A DNA stretch of 64,000 nucleotides from Promethearchaeota archaeon (lineage in GTDB: Archaea; Asgardarchaeota; Lokiarchaeia; Sigyniarchaeales; SOKP01): contig JBHLON010000015.1 of NCBI GenBank assembly GCA_048940445.1, positions 9,837 to 73,836 of the forward strand, written 5' to 3'. Numbering within the stretch: position 1 is the first letter of the stretch; each line of letters opens with the position of its first letter. Under the pieces are notes generated by a model. The model was given only the letters and a program-made list of their open reading frames with translations, did not search any database and was not told the origin of the DNA. The position numbers and the translations under genes were made by a program. Below are positions 50,434 through 60,359 of this stretch, piece by piece.

Positions 50434-51519
50434 ATGAATATCGTTTTTGTAGAAAATATTCAGATTTACAAAAAACTTACTAATATTAAGACCGTTGGGG
50501 GCATTGAAACTAACACCAATGACATAATTAAGGAAATGCTGAAAAAAGGGCATTATGTGTGGATTTTTAATAAACAAGAAAAACCACAATGGGCCGAAAA
50601 TGGTCAAGTTGACATCATTGCAGCTTCTACATTTGATCCTATCACATATCTACAAGTAAAAAAGCTAAAAAAAAAGTATAACGCTAGTGTTGTTATGCAT
50701 GCTCATACAACGGTTCAAGATTTAGCAGGTAATTTTTTACCAGATAAACCGATATTCAATCTAATATTTAAGTATTGGCTTAAAATTTTATATGGAAATG
50801 CTCATCTTTTAATAACTCCTAGTGAATATTCAAAAAAATGTTTAATTGACATCCAAACTACCATGACCTATCCTATTTATGTAGTAAGTAATGGAATTCG
50901 GTTAGAGTTTTTTAAAGAAGTAGAAAGCTATAGAGTAAATTTTAGAGAATTTTTAAATAAAAAGTATAAAATTCCTTTAGATGCAACAATTATTATCAAT
51001 GTAGGTTTAAGTTGGAAAAAGAAAGGAGTAGATATGTTTGGGAGGATTGCTAAAGCATTTCCAGAGTACTACTTTGTATGGGTTGGACCTAAAAATAAGA
51101 ATCCCGATATTGATGAAGCTTTAAAATTGAAAAATGTAATATTTACAGGATTTTATGAAGATATTAGAGAAGCCTATTTTGGTGCAGATGTGTTTTTAAA
51201 TACATCTCTAAATGAAAATCAAGGTATTCCATTAATAGAAGCAGCTATTTGTAGGTTACCAATCATAGCCAGAGACATAGCCGCATTTGACTGGGTTAAG
51301 CATGACTATTCATGTTATAAGGCTAAGACATTGAATGATTATATTATAGGTATCAAAAAACTAGTCTCGGATAATGAATTCAGAACAAGAATTGTTGAAA
51401 ATGCTTACAATAAAGCAGTGGAACTTCATGATTTTAATAAAATTGGAGATAAAGTTGAATATGTATATAAAAAAGCTATAAAAGTCAAAAAGATATGGGA
51501 AGCTACAAGAAATAATTAA
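50434..51519 (+). CDS. GT4 glycosyltransferase (glycolipid synthase-like)
   Basis: HAHTT, SNGI, KKG, FVWVG, ENQGIPLIEA (EX7E). Confidence 0.9.
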   Translation: MNIVFVENIQIYKKLTNIKTVGGIETNTNDIIKEMLKKGHYVWIFNKQEKPQWAENGQVDIIAASTFDPITYLQVKKLKKKYNASVVMHAHTTVQDLAGNFLPDKPIFNLIFKYWLKILYGNAHLLITPSEYSKKCLIDIQTTMTYPIYVVSNGIRLEFFKEVESYRVNFREFLNKKYKIPLDATIIINVGLSWKKKGVDMFGRIAKAFPEYYFVWVGPKNKNPDIDEALKLKNVIFTGFYEDIREAYFGADVFLNTSLNENQGIPLIEAAICRLPIIARDIAAFDWVKHDYSCYKAKTLNDYIIGIKKLVSDNEFRTRIVENAYNKAVELHDFNKIGDKVEYVYKKAIKVKKIWEATRNN

Positions 51520-51555
51520 AAATATATTCAATTATTCTTTAATTCAAATATTCGT

Positions 51556-52842
51556 GTGAATTTAAAAGGTATCCCTATCTTGAGTCTTGACGCTTATTTT
51601 CGCAGATTTTATACTTGGATTCAAAAATCATTTGCCTTTGCTTTATGGATTCAAATAGTTTTTATCATAATATCATTAATTTTAACGTTTACTATTAATC
51701 GTAATACTAATGATTTTCTCGTTTTTTATAAATCTGCTGAAATATTTCTAAAAGATTTTGAAAATTTGTATAATCCCTCGGTATATGGTTCAGCATGGGA
51801 ATATAGATATTTACCTTTATCTCCGATTTTATTTATTCCTTTTTACTTAACTGGGTTTGGGTTTGGATTTATATTATTCACGCTTAGTAACTTTGCTTTG
51901 AATATAATAATCTGCTTCCTCCTATTTAGAATAATTAATATAATCAAACCCATAAATACGAAAAATCGAAAATTTAAATTTATTTTTTATTTATCTTTGT
52001 ATTTAATAGGTGTGCCGCAGTTAATGAATTACTTTTTAGGTCAGGTAAATTTATATATTACACTTTTAATCTTATTTTCACTTTACATTCTACTTAAGTA
52101 TGATAATATAAAATGGGATTTTCTGGGAAGTCTAATTTTAGGAATAAGTGTTATATTAAAACCTATTACAATATTTATGATTCCCTTTTTAATATTAATA
52201 AATATTAGCTTTAGGAGAAGACAATTCAATTTCTTTATCAAAAGAAATTTAGTGAGATTAATTGGGGCCATATTACCCCTTTTTTTTAATATAATTGTTT
52301 TCGTGATTTATCCAAAGTTATGGACTGGTTTTTTGGAAACTAATTTTACAGGATCTAACCCCACAGATATAAATTTTTCATTTAGTTTAACAAAAATAAT
52401 ATTAAACTTCTTTATATTTTATAACTTAGGTTTTAACCAAATGTTAATATTCTTAATGATCCTAGGCTTTTTTGGTATAACAGGTTTCCTTGTCTATATT
52501 TTTCGAAAACCAAGTAAGAATGCCTTAGTATTTGGTTATACCTTTGGGATTTTAATTACATTTATAAGTTATTTTGAAGTGTGGGAGCATCATCTAATAA
52601 CTCTAATACCCTTCTTAATAATACTTTTATTTATTTTGCCTGATAATACTACTATTACTAGAATCTTTATCAAGCCAAGCATTTATGTATACAATTTTCT
52701 AAATGTTGTGTTTCTAGGAATTTTTGTGCTCACCATAAACTTCTTTCCTTATAATTTCGTTGGAACAATATTTCTAATATTGAATTTTTATGGTTTATGT
52801 AAATATTGCTTATCTAAAAGAAACAATACAAATAGAGAATGA
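51556..52842 (+). CDS. GT87/DUF2029 GT-C membrane glycosyltransferase
   Basis: NDF.VFY, YRYLP, GQVN, LKP, WEHH; multi-pass. Confidence 0.82.
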   Translation: MNLKGIPILSLDAYFRRFYTWIQKSFAFALWIQIVFIIISLILTFTINRNTNDFLVFYKSAEIFLKDFENLYNPSVYGSAWEYRYLPLSPILFIPFYLTGFGFGFILFTLSNFALNIIICFLLFRIINIIKPINTKNRKFKFIFYLSLYLIGVPQLMNYFLGQVNLYITLLILFSLYILLKYDNIKWDFLGSLILGISVILKPITIFMIPFLILINISFRRRQFNFFIKRNLVRLIGAILPLFFNIIVFVIYPKLWTGFLETNFTGSNPTDINFSFSLTKIILNFFIFYNLGFNQMLIFLMILGFFGITGFLVYIFRKPSKNALVFGYTFGILITFISYFEVWEHHLITLIPFLIILLFILPDNTTITRIFIKPSIYVYNFLNVVFLGIFVLTINFFPYNFVGTIFLILNFYGLCKYCLSKRNNTNRE

Positions 52843-52957
52843 CTCGAGATTCAGAAATCCAATGATTTAGAATGGTTAAAATTAAATAATGTTGTTTCAC
52901 AACCTAAATTGAATTATAATCTATAATGATTCCAATAAGTCAAGTAAGTTTGTAATT

Positions 52958-53668
52958 ATGGTACAAGAATTTCTTATTATTTTTTTACCAGCATTCACCT
53001 TAGGAATTTTACATACAGCGATCCCATGTGAAGATAAAGCAATATTTTTCTTCTGGTCTTTTGGAATTGCTAAAAGTCCAAAAAGAAGTGTATTAATTTT
53101 GGCGCTTTATGGGATAGGTCTAATGTCTGCGAATATGCTTATTGCTGGTGGAACTATTTTGGCAAGTACTCTACCTAAACTTGTAATTCCAGGATTTATT
53201 CCAAACCCTTATGTTATAAACTTTTTTGGCGCCTTTACATCCATGTTTGCTGGTATCTTTCTTCTATTCTTTATAACTCGCCGTGATTACATGCCCCATT
53301 CCAAGTATGCAAAGAGTATAGTAAATCTAAATTGGGAAAGTATAAAAACACCTTATTTTTTTGGTGTTTTAGTAGGGTTTGCACCTTGTATTTTTGAATT
53401 AATAATATATTCCCAATGTATACAATTTACATTAGGATATGGGTTTATAGAAGGGTTTTTTGTAGTATTTTACTTCTCTTTTGGAACTTTTATTGGTCTA
53501 TTTCCTCTTGCTTTAGCAAAGCATGGTACCTCACACATAGTAAAGCCAAAAGATAAGAGTAGAAAAAGAATTTTCTATATAATGATCTTGATTATTATTG
53601 TATTTAACACTGTAGTCATGATTTTATCTTTTTTACAAATTTCTGTTTTTCCAGTACAAAACCTATAA
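52958..53668 (+). CDS. Membrane protein, NicO/UreH/DsbD-like transporter family
   Basis: GILHTAIPCEDK, GFAPC, FSFGT; about 6 transmembrane segments. Confidence 0.6.
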   Translation: MVQEFLIIFLPAFTLGILHTAIPCEDKAIFFFWSFGIAKSPKRSVLILALYGIGLMSANMLIAGGTILASTLPKLVIPGFIPNPYVINFFGAFTSMFAGIFLLFFITRRDYMPHSKYAKSIVNLNWESIKTPYFFGVLVGFAPCIFELIIYSQCIQFTLGYGFIEGFFVVFYFSFGTFIGLFPLALAKHGTSHIVKPKDKSRKRIFYIMILIIIVFNTVVMILSFLQISVFPVQNL

Positions 53669-53824
53669 ATAAACTGATAAAATCAATTCAGAGTAATCAA
53701 AAAGTTAAAAATTTATCCATAATTCAAAATCAACAGTTGGTCTATGTTAATAATTTATATTAGTATTTTTATATATATTATAACCAAATTCACTATCTAA
53801 ATTAGCAAGGATGAATTTAAAATA

Positions 53825-56191
53825 ATGAATTGTTTATTCTGTGATTCCAAAAAAATTGAATTTACATGTGAAAGGTGCCGATCCAGTTTTTGCATCAACC
53901 ATATGGCTACAACAGAAAATTGGATCTGTAAAAAACATGATCTTGTTTATTCAAAGGCGAGTGCAGTCGAAAAAAGTTTTAGATGTACGGTTGTTGAAAA
54001 CAGTAGATGCCCAGAATGCGGTTCTTTATTAAGATTAGAAAGATTATCTTCTGGACAATATTATTTAGAATGTATAAATCCTGAAGATGGATGGAATTCA
54101 TATTTAAAAACTCCCGGCTTATTCTTCCCAACAAAAGAGCAATTAGCTAGAGAAGCAAGTAAATATAATCTAATTCGGGGTTTTAAATTATTATTATGCC
54201 GTAGAGGTCTAAAACATATTGTTGGCAAAGAGATCTGCCCAAATTGCTTTTTAGAATTATTAAAAAGGTCTCATGTTACAAATTTCTCAACTATTATGAA
54301 TGCATTTAATCTCTCAGCTCCACAGATGATTAAGTTAATTAATAAGTATGTGGACGAAGAACGCATCTATGGTATAATTGATCAACAAACTCAAATGTTT
54401 TACTATATATCTCCTGAGATGAGAGAAAAAATATTAGCGAATATTCAAAATGATGGTAATCTAAAAGTAGCTGATTTAGCAATTATGCTAGATATGAGTT
54501 CTGAAATTGCTTTAAAGGTGATATATAAATTAATCAGCCAATTTCAAATTAGGGGCTCATTTTCACAAAATAAAAAAATTTATTACACTCAAAAGTACAT
54601 AATGGACAATTTGATAAAAGAAATTAATAATAAAGGTCGAATCTCTTTAAAAAATTTAGCCAAAATATTTACCATACCTATTGATCTTGTAAAATCATTT
54701 GTTGTTAATTTAATGAGAACAAATGCTATTAGTGCTTATTTTGCTGATCGTGGTAACGAAGTAATTAGTTCTGAACAAATTTATAAAGACATTAAATCAT
54801 ATTCTAAAGAGAAAGGATTATTTGAACTCTCAAAACTCGCTAATGACTTAAAAATCGCAGTTGAATTAGCTAGAAAAAATCTTCACGAGCTTATAAAATC
54901 AGGAGATATTCAAGGAATATTCACACAGAGAAGAGAATTTATGACGAATAAATATCTAGAAAGCAAAATTAAGGAATTTGCTAAGGCTTACAGAACAATG
55001 CCTTTAAGGGAATTATCCAATAGATTAGGAGTCACAGAATCAAGTATAGAAGAAAATTTAGCTCAATTAATAGGAAAGGGAGATATTGATGGATATATTG
55101 ACATGCAAAAAAGACTTTTCGTAGCTTATAGTGTTAGTAGGACAGAAATACCAAAAGATGCAATCCAAAAAGAAACTAAAAAGGTTTCAGAAGGAGACAT
55201 TGAAGTGGTAAGAGATTATGACTTTGAAGGGGGCCAGGTTCATATGAAAATTGCGGTCAGAAATAATAGTAATATGGCTATAAATAATGTAAAAGTAATT
55301 TTAGACCCTCCTTCAAGTTTTAAGATCAAGCAACCGTTAATTACCATTCCTGTTATTGAAGCGAAGGCTAGTCGGGGCGTAGATTTCTATCTTGAGCCAA
55401 AACAATGCGGAATCTCAAATATTGGTGGAACTGTTATATATAAAGATGCAACGGGAGAATCTCATACGATTCATGTTAGGAAAAAAGAAGTACAGATAAA
55501 ATGTCCTCTTGTTTGTACATCTTTGACGTCTATTGAAGATTGTCAAATCGCTATTCAAACCCTTCCTAACGATGCTCGCGCCTTTTTGATTGCCGACTTA
55601 GATCCTCGATTAGCTTATCGAGCTGGGATTAGAACCTTAAAAAACTTTGAAACGAGCGCAGTAACATCTCACGAGGGGACAGACGCTAAAGGAAGCTATG
55701 AAGCTGAGGCATGGTTTTGTTCTGAAGCCAAAATAACGGGAGGAAGAATTATAACTAGAATTTATGTCTCAGAAGGAAGTCAATCCTTAGAAGTTAGAGT
55801 ATGGACGTCAAATCCTGGACAATTAACAGGTTTTTTAGCCCGAATAATCGAATTATTGTTTGAAGAAATTAATATTATCAGAAAGATTAAATCTGAGGAA
55901 AGAGAGAAGACAATTGACGTTATGGCGATTACACAGAATCTTGCTGAAGTTTCAGACTATTGTATGTTAAGGTGGAAAGCTCAAAATATTAGAAATAAAT
56001 TGCATGATACTTTCATTAGATTAAGGAAAGTTTTAGGTGATAACGAGGCAATTCTAGGCAGAATTGAATTTTGGTTGACTCAACTCAATAATTATGGGAG
56101 AGACGACAAAATTAGCGATGCAGATGCAGATACGCTAGTACAAGATGTTGAAAAGTTCAAAAATGTTATTGCAAGAGCTATTAAATTGTAA
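53825..56191 (+). CDS. Multidomain protein: Zn fingers, tandem PCI/winged-helix repeats, Ig-like and alpha/beta appendage-like domains
   Basis: CLFC..CERC..FCINH, CPEC, CPNC; five WH repeats ending IxGxID-like; IAVRNNSNMAINNV...GTVIYKD. Confidence 0.7.
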   Translation: MNCLFCDSKKIEFTCERCRSSFCINHMATTENWICKKHDLVYSKASAVEKSFRCTVVENSRCPECGSLLRLERLSSGQYYLECINPEDGWNSYLKTPGLFFPTKEQLAREASKYNLIRGFKLLLCRRGLKHIVGKEICPNCFLELLKRSHVTNFSTIMNAFNLSAPQMIKLINKYVDEERIYGIIDQQTQMFYYISPEMREKILANIQNDGNLKVADLAIMLDMSSEIALKVIYKLISQFQIRGSFSQNKKIYYTQKYIMDNLIKEINNKGRISLKNLAKIFTIPIDLVKSFVVNLMRTNAISAYFADRGNEVISSEQIYKDIKSYSKEKGLFELSKLANDLKIAVELARKNLHELIKSGDIQGIFTQRREFMTNKYLESKIKEFAKAYRTMPLRELSNRLGVTESSIEENLAQLIGKGDIDGYIDMQKRLFVAYSVSRTEIPKDAIQKETKKVSEGDIEVVRDYDFEGGQVHMKIAVRNNSNMAINNVKVILDPPSSFKIKQPLITIPVIEAKASRGVDFYLEPKQCGISNIGGTVIYKDATGESHTIHVRKKEVQIKCPLVCTSLTSIEDCQIAIQTLPNDARAFLIADLDPRLAYRAGIRTLKNFETSAVTSHEGTDAKGSYEAEAWFCSEAKITGGRIITRIYVSEGSQSLEVRVWTSNPGQLTGFLARIIELLFEEINIIRKIKSEEREKTIDVMAITQNLAEVSDYCMLRWKAQNIRNKLHDTFIRLRKVLGDNEAILGRIEFWLTQLNNYGRDDKISDADADTLVQDVEKFKNVIARAIKL

Positions 56192-56293
56192 TAAAATTTT
56201 CTGTGAGCTCTCCTATTAAATTATAATTTTTTATAAATATTTATATATTCAAGTAGTTCTTATAATAATTAAATAATAACTCCATACAATCAG

Positions 56294-56716
56294 GTGTTTA
56301 AGATACCAATTATTAGCATTAGTATTAATGAACAACTTCGCGAATTCATTAATAAATTAGTAAGAAAGAATCAGTATGAAAATAAGTCTAAATTGATTAG
56401 AGACGCGCTATTGCGTTTAATGTCAACAATGGAGATATCAAACTTGGAATCTTTCGGTGATATCAGTCCATCAACTAAAAGTGTTATAGGAAATTTATTA
56501 ATAGTTGCTCCACTTGATTCAAATGTCCAAAGGAAGTTGAATAAAGTTGAATCAGAGTATAATGATAAAATAGTTAGTAAAAATCAACATTTTCAAGGAG
56601 AAAATGTAATTAATTTTCTCATATTTGAAGGAGATCTACAAACTTTTCAAGAATTTGTGGTTGAGATTAATGGTATCAAGGAATTAAAAAATTTTAGATA
56701 CCTTATTATAAATTAA
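56294..56716 (+). CDS. CopG/NikR-like RHH-ACT transcription regulator
   Basis: IISISINEQL...YENKSKLIRDAL RHH; C-terminal ACT-like domain lacking the full NikR His/Cys set. Confidence 0.8.
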   Translation: MFKIPIISISINEQLREFINKLVRKNQYENKSKLIRDALLRLMSTMEISNLESFGDISPSTKSVIGNLLIVAPLDSNVQRKLNKVESEYNDKIVSKNQHFQGENVINFLIFEGDLQTFQEFVVEINGIKELKNFRYLIIN

Positions 56717-56893
56717 TTCCCCTACTTTAAAATAATGCAAATTCAATTTTTATATCCTTAAATGAGAAAGAAGAGGAATATCTCCCTCCAAAAGTATAAC
56801 GGAATTAAATTTTAATATTATGAATTAAAGAGCTGAATTACGAAGAATTGAAAAAGGTATCGAATAATTATTAAAAATGAAAAGATGAATTAA

Positions 56894-57247
56894 ATGGGTA
56901 AAAATAAATATGGTAAAGATTTTCACAGTAAAAAGACAGGAGTAAAATCGAATAAAGGTGGAGATCCAATTCGAGGTGGAAAGATTAAAGCGAGTCACAT
57001 TCTAGTTGAGAAATTCACAAGAGCACAGGAACTTTATGAAGATTTACAATCAGAAGAAAACTTCGAGAATTTAGCACGAAAGTTTTCGATATGTTCTAGT
57101 AAGAAAAGAGGAGGAAATCTAGGGGAATTTTCTAAGGGGGATATGGTTCCAGAGTTTTGGAATGCTTGTGTTCAATTAAGAATTGGAGAAATCTCTCCTC
57201 CTGTAAAATCTAAATTTGGGTATCATATTATAAAGAGAACAGGTTAA
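56894..57247 (+). CDS. Parvulin-type peptidyl-prolyl isomerase
   Basis: ASHILV, FENLARKFS.C.S..RGGNLG.F, MVPEF, FGYHII. Confidence 0.95.
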   Translation: MGKNKYGKDFHSKKTGVKSNKGGDPIRGGKIKASHILVEKFTRAQELYEDLQSEENFENLARKFSICSSKKRGGNLGEFSKGDMVPEFWNACVQLRIGEISPPVKSKFGYHIIKRTG

Positions 57248-57264
57248 TAATGATTTAGAAAAAG

Positions 57265-57368
57265 TAGCCCGGCACGGATTCGAACCGTGGTTTCCCTTTC
57301 AGATTATGGAATTACTCTGAAACTCGGGATTCAGAGTCCCAAATGCTTGGCCACTACACTACCGGGCT
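57265..57368 (-). tRNA. tRNA-Gln(CTG) with a 31-nt intervening sequence
   Basis: Acceptor AGCCCGG/CCGGGCT-A, anticodon arm TGGGA-CTCTGAA-TCCCG, T arm CACGG-TTCGAAT-CCGTG; 104 nt = 73 + 31; CCA not encoded. Confidence 0.93.
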
Positions 57369-57525
57369 AAATTAACGAAAAAGTATATTATTTAAAATAT
57401 TTAATTTCTAAAAAACCTTACTTTCCCTTCTATTCAAACTCTACTGATTATATTTAGACAACATTTAGCTTTAATTATAAATTAATTAAGGATAGATTTT
57501 TATTAGAGAATGATTTTATAATTTA

Positions 57526-57683
57526 TTGGATTACACAAACATTATCGGAGGATATTTTAAAAAGTTTTTAAAAAAAACTATTTTTTAAACCCCGTGAAGG
57601 TATTTGTCATTCAATTACCTAGGGAAACTGAAATAAAAAAACCCCGTATAAAAAAGTTCTTATTATCCTCCCGTGTAATCCAA
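57526..57683. other. Structured intergenic element with complementary ends (candidate ncRNA or MITE)
   Basis: TTGGATTACAC (57526-36) pairs with GTGTAATCCAA (57673-83); GGAGGATA (57547-54) pairs with TATCCTCC (57664-71); internal AGGTA/TACCT hairpin. Confidence 0.5.
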
Positions 57684-57726
57684 CCTTAAATTGTGCAATT
57701 ATTTAAAGTTAAAGATAAGATATGTT

Positions 57727-58941
57727 TTAAGGGGAATTCCTTAATAATTCATATATCTGAGTAAAATATTTATCAGACATTCCAGCAATATAGTCTCTGA
57801 CAATTAGTGTTAGTTTATTCTTGCTTTTTAAGGGAAAATAATAAGTCGAATATTCTTGATCATCAATATACTCAATATGATCTTTAAAGATAGAAGCATC
57901 ATAATTTTCCTCTTCAAGATGTTTTAAAGATTTACTCCATATTAATTCGAATTTCTCTTTTAACTCCTCAATGTATGGTTTTTTTGATTTGTCATCTAGT
58001 TTGAAGTAGTCTCGTCTATTGTAGATGTTTTCATAATTGAATCTTTTTAGTTCCTTCAAGGCATTAAATACATTTTCACTATATCCAATAGTGTTGTTTT
58101 CTAAACTATACTTAAGGAGATCCATGATTAAAGTTTTCATAATGCCTCGATTTGTATCTCCCAATATCCTTTTGCATCTTTCAGGAATTTCTTCTCTCGC
58201 TATGAATTTCAAGAGTATTGCATCTTCAATATCTCTGCCGATATATGAGATTGAATCAGCAAATCTTACTGCAATCCCTTCGTAAGACATTGGAATCCTT
58301 TTAATTTTATTTTCATTGAAACTATCTTTATATTCGTTAAAAAAGTCATTCCAGGTCTTACCATTGATTCTTTTTGGTTTCAATTCTCTTTCGTTTATTT
58401 CACCATCATGAGACAATATCCCATCAAGTACTTGAAGGGTTAAATTTAGACCATTTGCAGGTTTTTTGGGAAATCTCTTTTCAAGATAAAAAACCCATCT
58501 TATTCCTTGGGAGTTATGGTTAAAAGTGCCAATTTTTTCACGTTTACTAATATCATCTAAGATTTTTTCTCCAATATGTCCATAACAAGTATGCCCAATA
58601 TCATGAGCAAGTGCACATGCCTCTATTAAGTCGTTATTCAATCCTAAAACCCTACCGATTTGTCGAGCCACCCTTGAGACAAGAATTACATGTAATGAGC
58701 GATGTGTAATGTTTGCATTATTTATTTCAAAGAAGACTTGGGTTTTATCAATGTAACGAGCGTAGGCTTTTGAATGAACAATTCGGTCAACATCTCTGAA
58801 AAATGGGGGGCGAATATCATCATCATTTTCCACTTCTTCTTCATAATATCTTAAGGCTTGAGAATCTAAAATACCATGAATACCTACCTCTGTATTTTTC
58901 CTCATCCTTAGTTTTAATTCTTCAATTTTTTCAGAATCCAT
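57727..58941 (-). CDS. HD-domain dNTP triphosphohydrolase (dGTPase-like)
   Basis: RDVDRIVHSKAY.R..DKTQVF, AHDIGH..YGH.GE, LNLT, ADSISY, DYIAGMSD. Confidence 0.9.
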   Translation of the reverse strand: MDSEKIEELKLRMRKNTEVGIHGILDSQALRYYEEEVENDDDIRPPFFRDVDRIVHSKAYARYIDKTQVFFEINNANITHRSLHVILVSRVARQIGRVLGLNNDLIEACALAHDIGHTCYGHIGEKILDDISKREKIGTFNHNSQGIRWVFYLEKRFPKKPANGLNLTLQVLDGILSHDGEINERELKPKRINGKTWNDFFNEYKDSFNENKIKRIPMSYEGIAVRFADSISYIGRDIEDAILLKFIAREEIPERCKRILGDTNRGIMKTLIMDLLKYSLENNTIGYSENVFNALKELKRFNYENIYNRRDYFKLDDKSKKPYIEELKEKFELIWSKSLKHLEEENYDASIFKDHIEYIDDQEYSTYYFPLKSKNKLTLIVRDYIAGMSDKYFTQIYELLRNSP

Positions 58942-58991
58942 ATTTGTTTACCAATAAGAAATCTTACTTGAAAATAAAAGTATAAAGATAG

Positions 58992-59948
58992 TTAAAAAGT
59001 ACCTAATTTTAAATTAATTGCATCATATGGACAAGTCTCTTTACACTTTAAGCAAAGGTTGCATTCTCCTCTTCCGGTAAAAAATTCGAATGGCTCATCC
59101 AGGATTCGAATTTGTTTTGGACAGACTCTTTCGCATTCTCCGCATTCAGATCTTCCTACGCATCTAACAGGATTTCTTGATAATTTCAAGAATGAAAAGT
59201 CCGTTACAGCCGATGCAACAGCAGCAAAAGGACAAAAATATCTACAATAAAATCTAGGATATCGTGTTGAAAGTACAATAATAATAATGTAATAAATAAA
59301 TATAATAAACCCACCAAAATTAGCAAAAAGAGGTTGTAATCCTCCAGTTAAAAAAATTTCACTTACAATTTTTGGAAAAAATACAAAAATAAACTCTGAA
59401 AGGGAAAAAAATCCAATTGGTTTTTGAGCAAATAATCCTAATTGATCTCGAAAATCTTCATAAGCAACAAAGTTAGTTACTTTGGTGATCCCTAGAGGAA
59501 CAATTAGAATTACTAATAAAATAATAATTCCATACTTAGCATTTAATAATAGTTTATGAGTTCTGGGCTTAATAGGTTTCTTCTTTACAGGAACTGCTGC
59601 ACAAAGATCTTCGATTGACCCGATAGGGCATATCCAGCCACAGAAAAATCTATTAGTAAATAATAGTATCAGCAAAAAAATCCCGATTAAAAGAAAAGGG
59701 AAGATACCATTTGCCATACTATAAAATATATATTCCATGAACCCTGCTCCTTCTGAAAGAGGATTTCTTGGTGAATTTAGAATAGGAAGTACTTTTGTAA
59801 TACCTTCTAATCCTAAAAGATTAATCGAGAATATAAATTCAAGTATAATGTAGTTTACTAGTAGAAATGCTACGATCTGAACAATCCGCCTAATTATTGT
59901 AGTTAGATGATCTTTTATTTTGAAATTTCTAAACACCAAAAGTACCAC
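58992..59948 (-). CDS. NapH/MauN-type membrane 4Fe-4S protein
   Basis: RFFCGWICP.G, RFYCRYFCP, CGECERVCP, CNLCLKCKETCP. Confidence 0.88.
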   Translation of the reverse strand: MVLLVFRNFKIKDHLTTIIRRIVQIVAFLLVNYIILEFIFSINLLGLEGITKVLPILNSPRNPLSEGAGFMEYIFYSMANGIFPFLLIGIFLLILLFTNRFFCGWICPIGSIEDLCAAVPVKKKPIKPRTHKLLLNAKYGIIILLVILIVPLGITKVTNFVAYEDFRDQLGLFAQKPIGFFSLSEFIFVFFPKIVSEIFLTGGLQPLFANFGGFIIFIYYIIIIVLSTRYPRFYCRYFCPFAAVASAVTDFSFLKLSRNPVRCVGRSECGECERVCPKQIRILDEPFEFFTGRGECNLCLKCKETCPYDAINLKLGTF

Positions 59949-60075
59949 TTAAAGAAGATTTTAAATTAATAAATAATTGGTATTTAAAAAAATTAATTCT
60001 TCGAAGATTTCAAAATAGAGGTATTTTTAAGCAATCATTTTTTATTAAAAAGATGTTATAGACCATCGAAGTATT

Positions 60076-60240
60076 TCATTTTAATAAAATGGTTTCACGA
60101 TTTTTTGGACTCTTAGTTGCTTTCCGTAGCTTTTTATGCATCATTGTTAATAAACTCACACACTTACTCTCTTCTCCATGATTAGTAATAATTAGTTTTA
60201 ACCTTAGTTGATCCCGCCGCAGAAATTTGGATATCTGACT
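60076..60240 (-). pseudogene. Duplicated 3' fragment of the aCPSF1 gene
   Basis: Translates to SQISKFLRRDQLRLKLIITNHGEESKCVSLLTMMHKKLRKATKSPKNRETILLK*, 46/54 aa identical to the C-terminus encoded at 62882-63046; in-frame stop immediately upstream. Confidence 0.9.
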
Positions 60241-60359
60241 TCAACTTTAAATCATAAGTAATTCAGAGGATTCATGTATTATTTTTAATCATCTCTTTAA
60301 TTAAATAAGATATTTTAAAGAGATAATAATCATAATATATAATAAGACAAAAATTAGAA

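Noticed and set aside
57580-57660. Replication origin ORB boxes
   Set aside because: The G-strings do not sit in the TCCAnTGGAAAnnnnGGGG arrangement and no orc1/cdc6 gene is in the window
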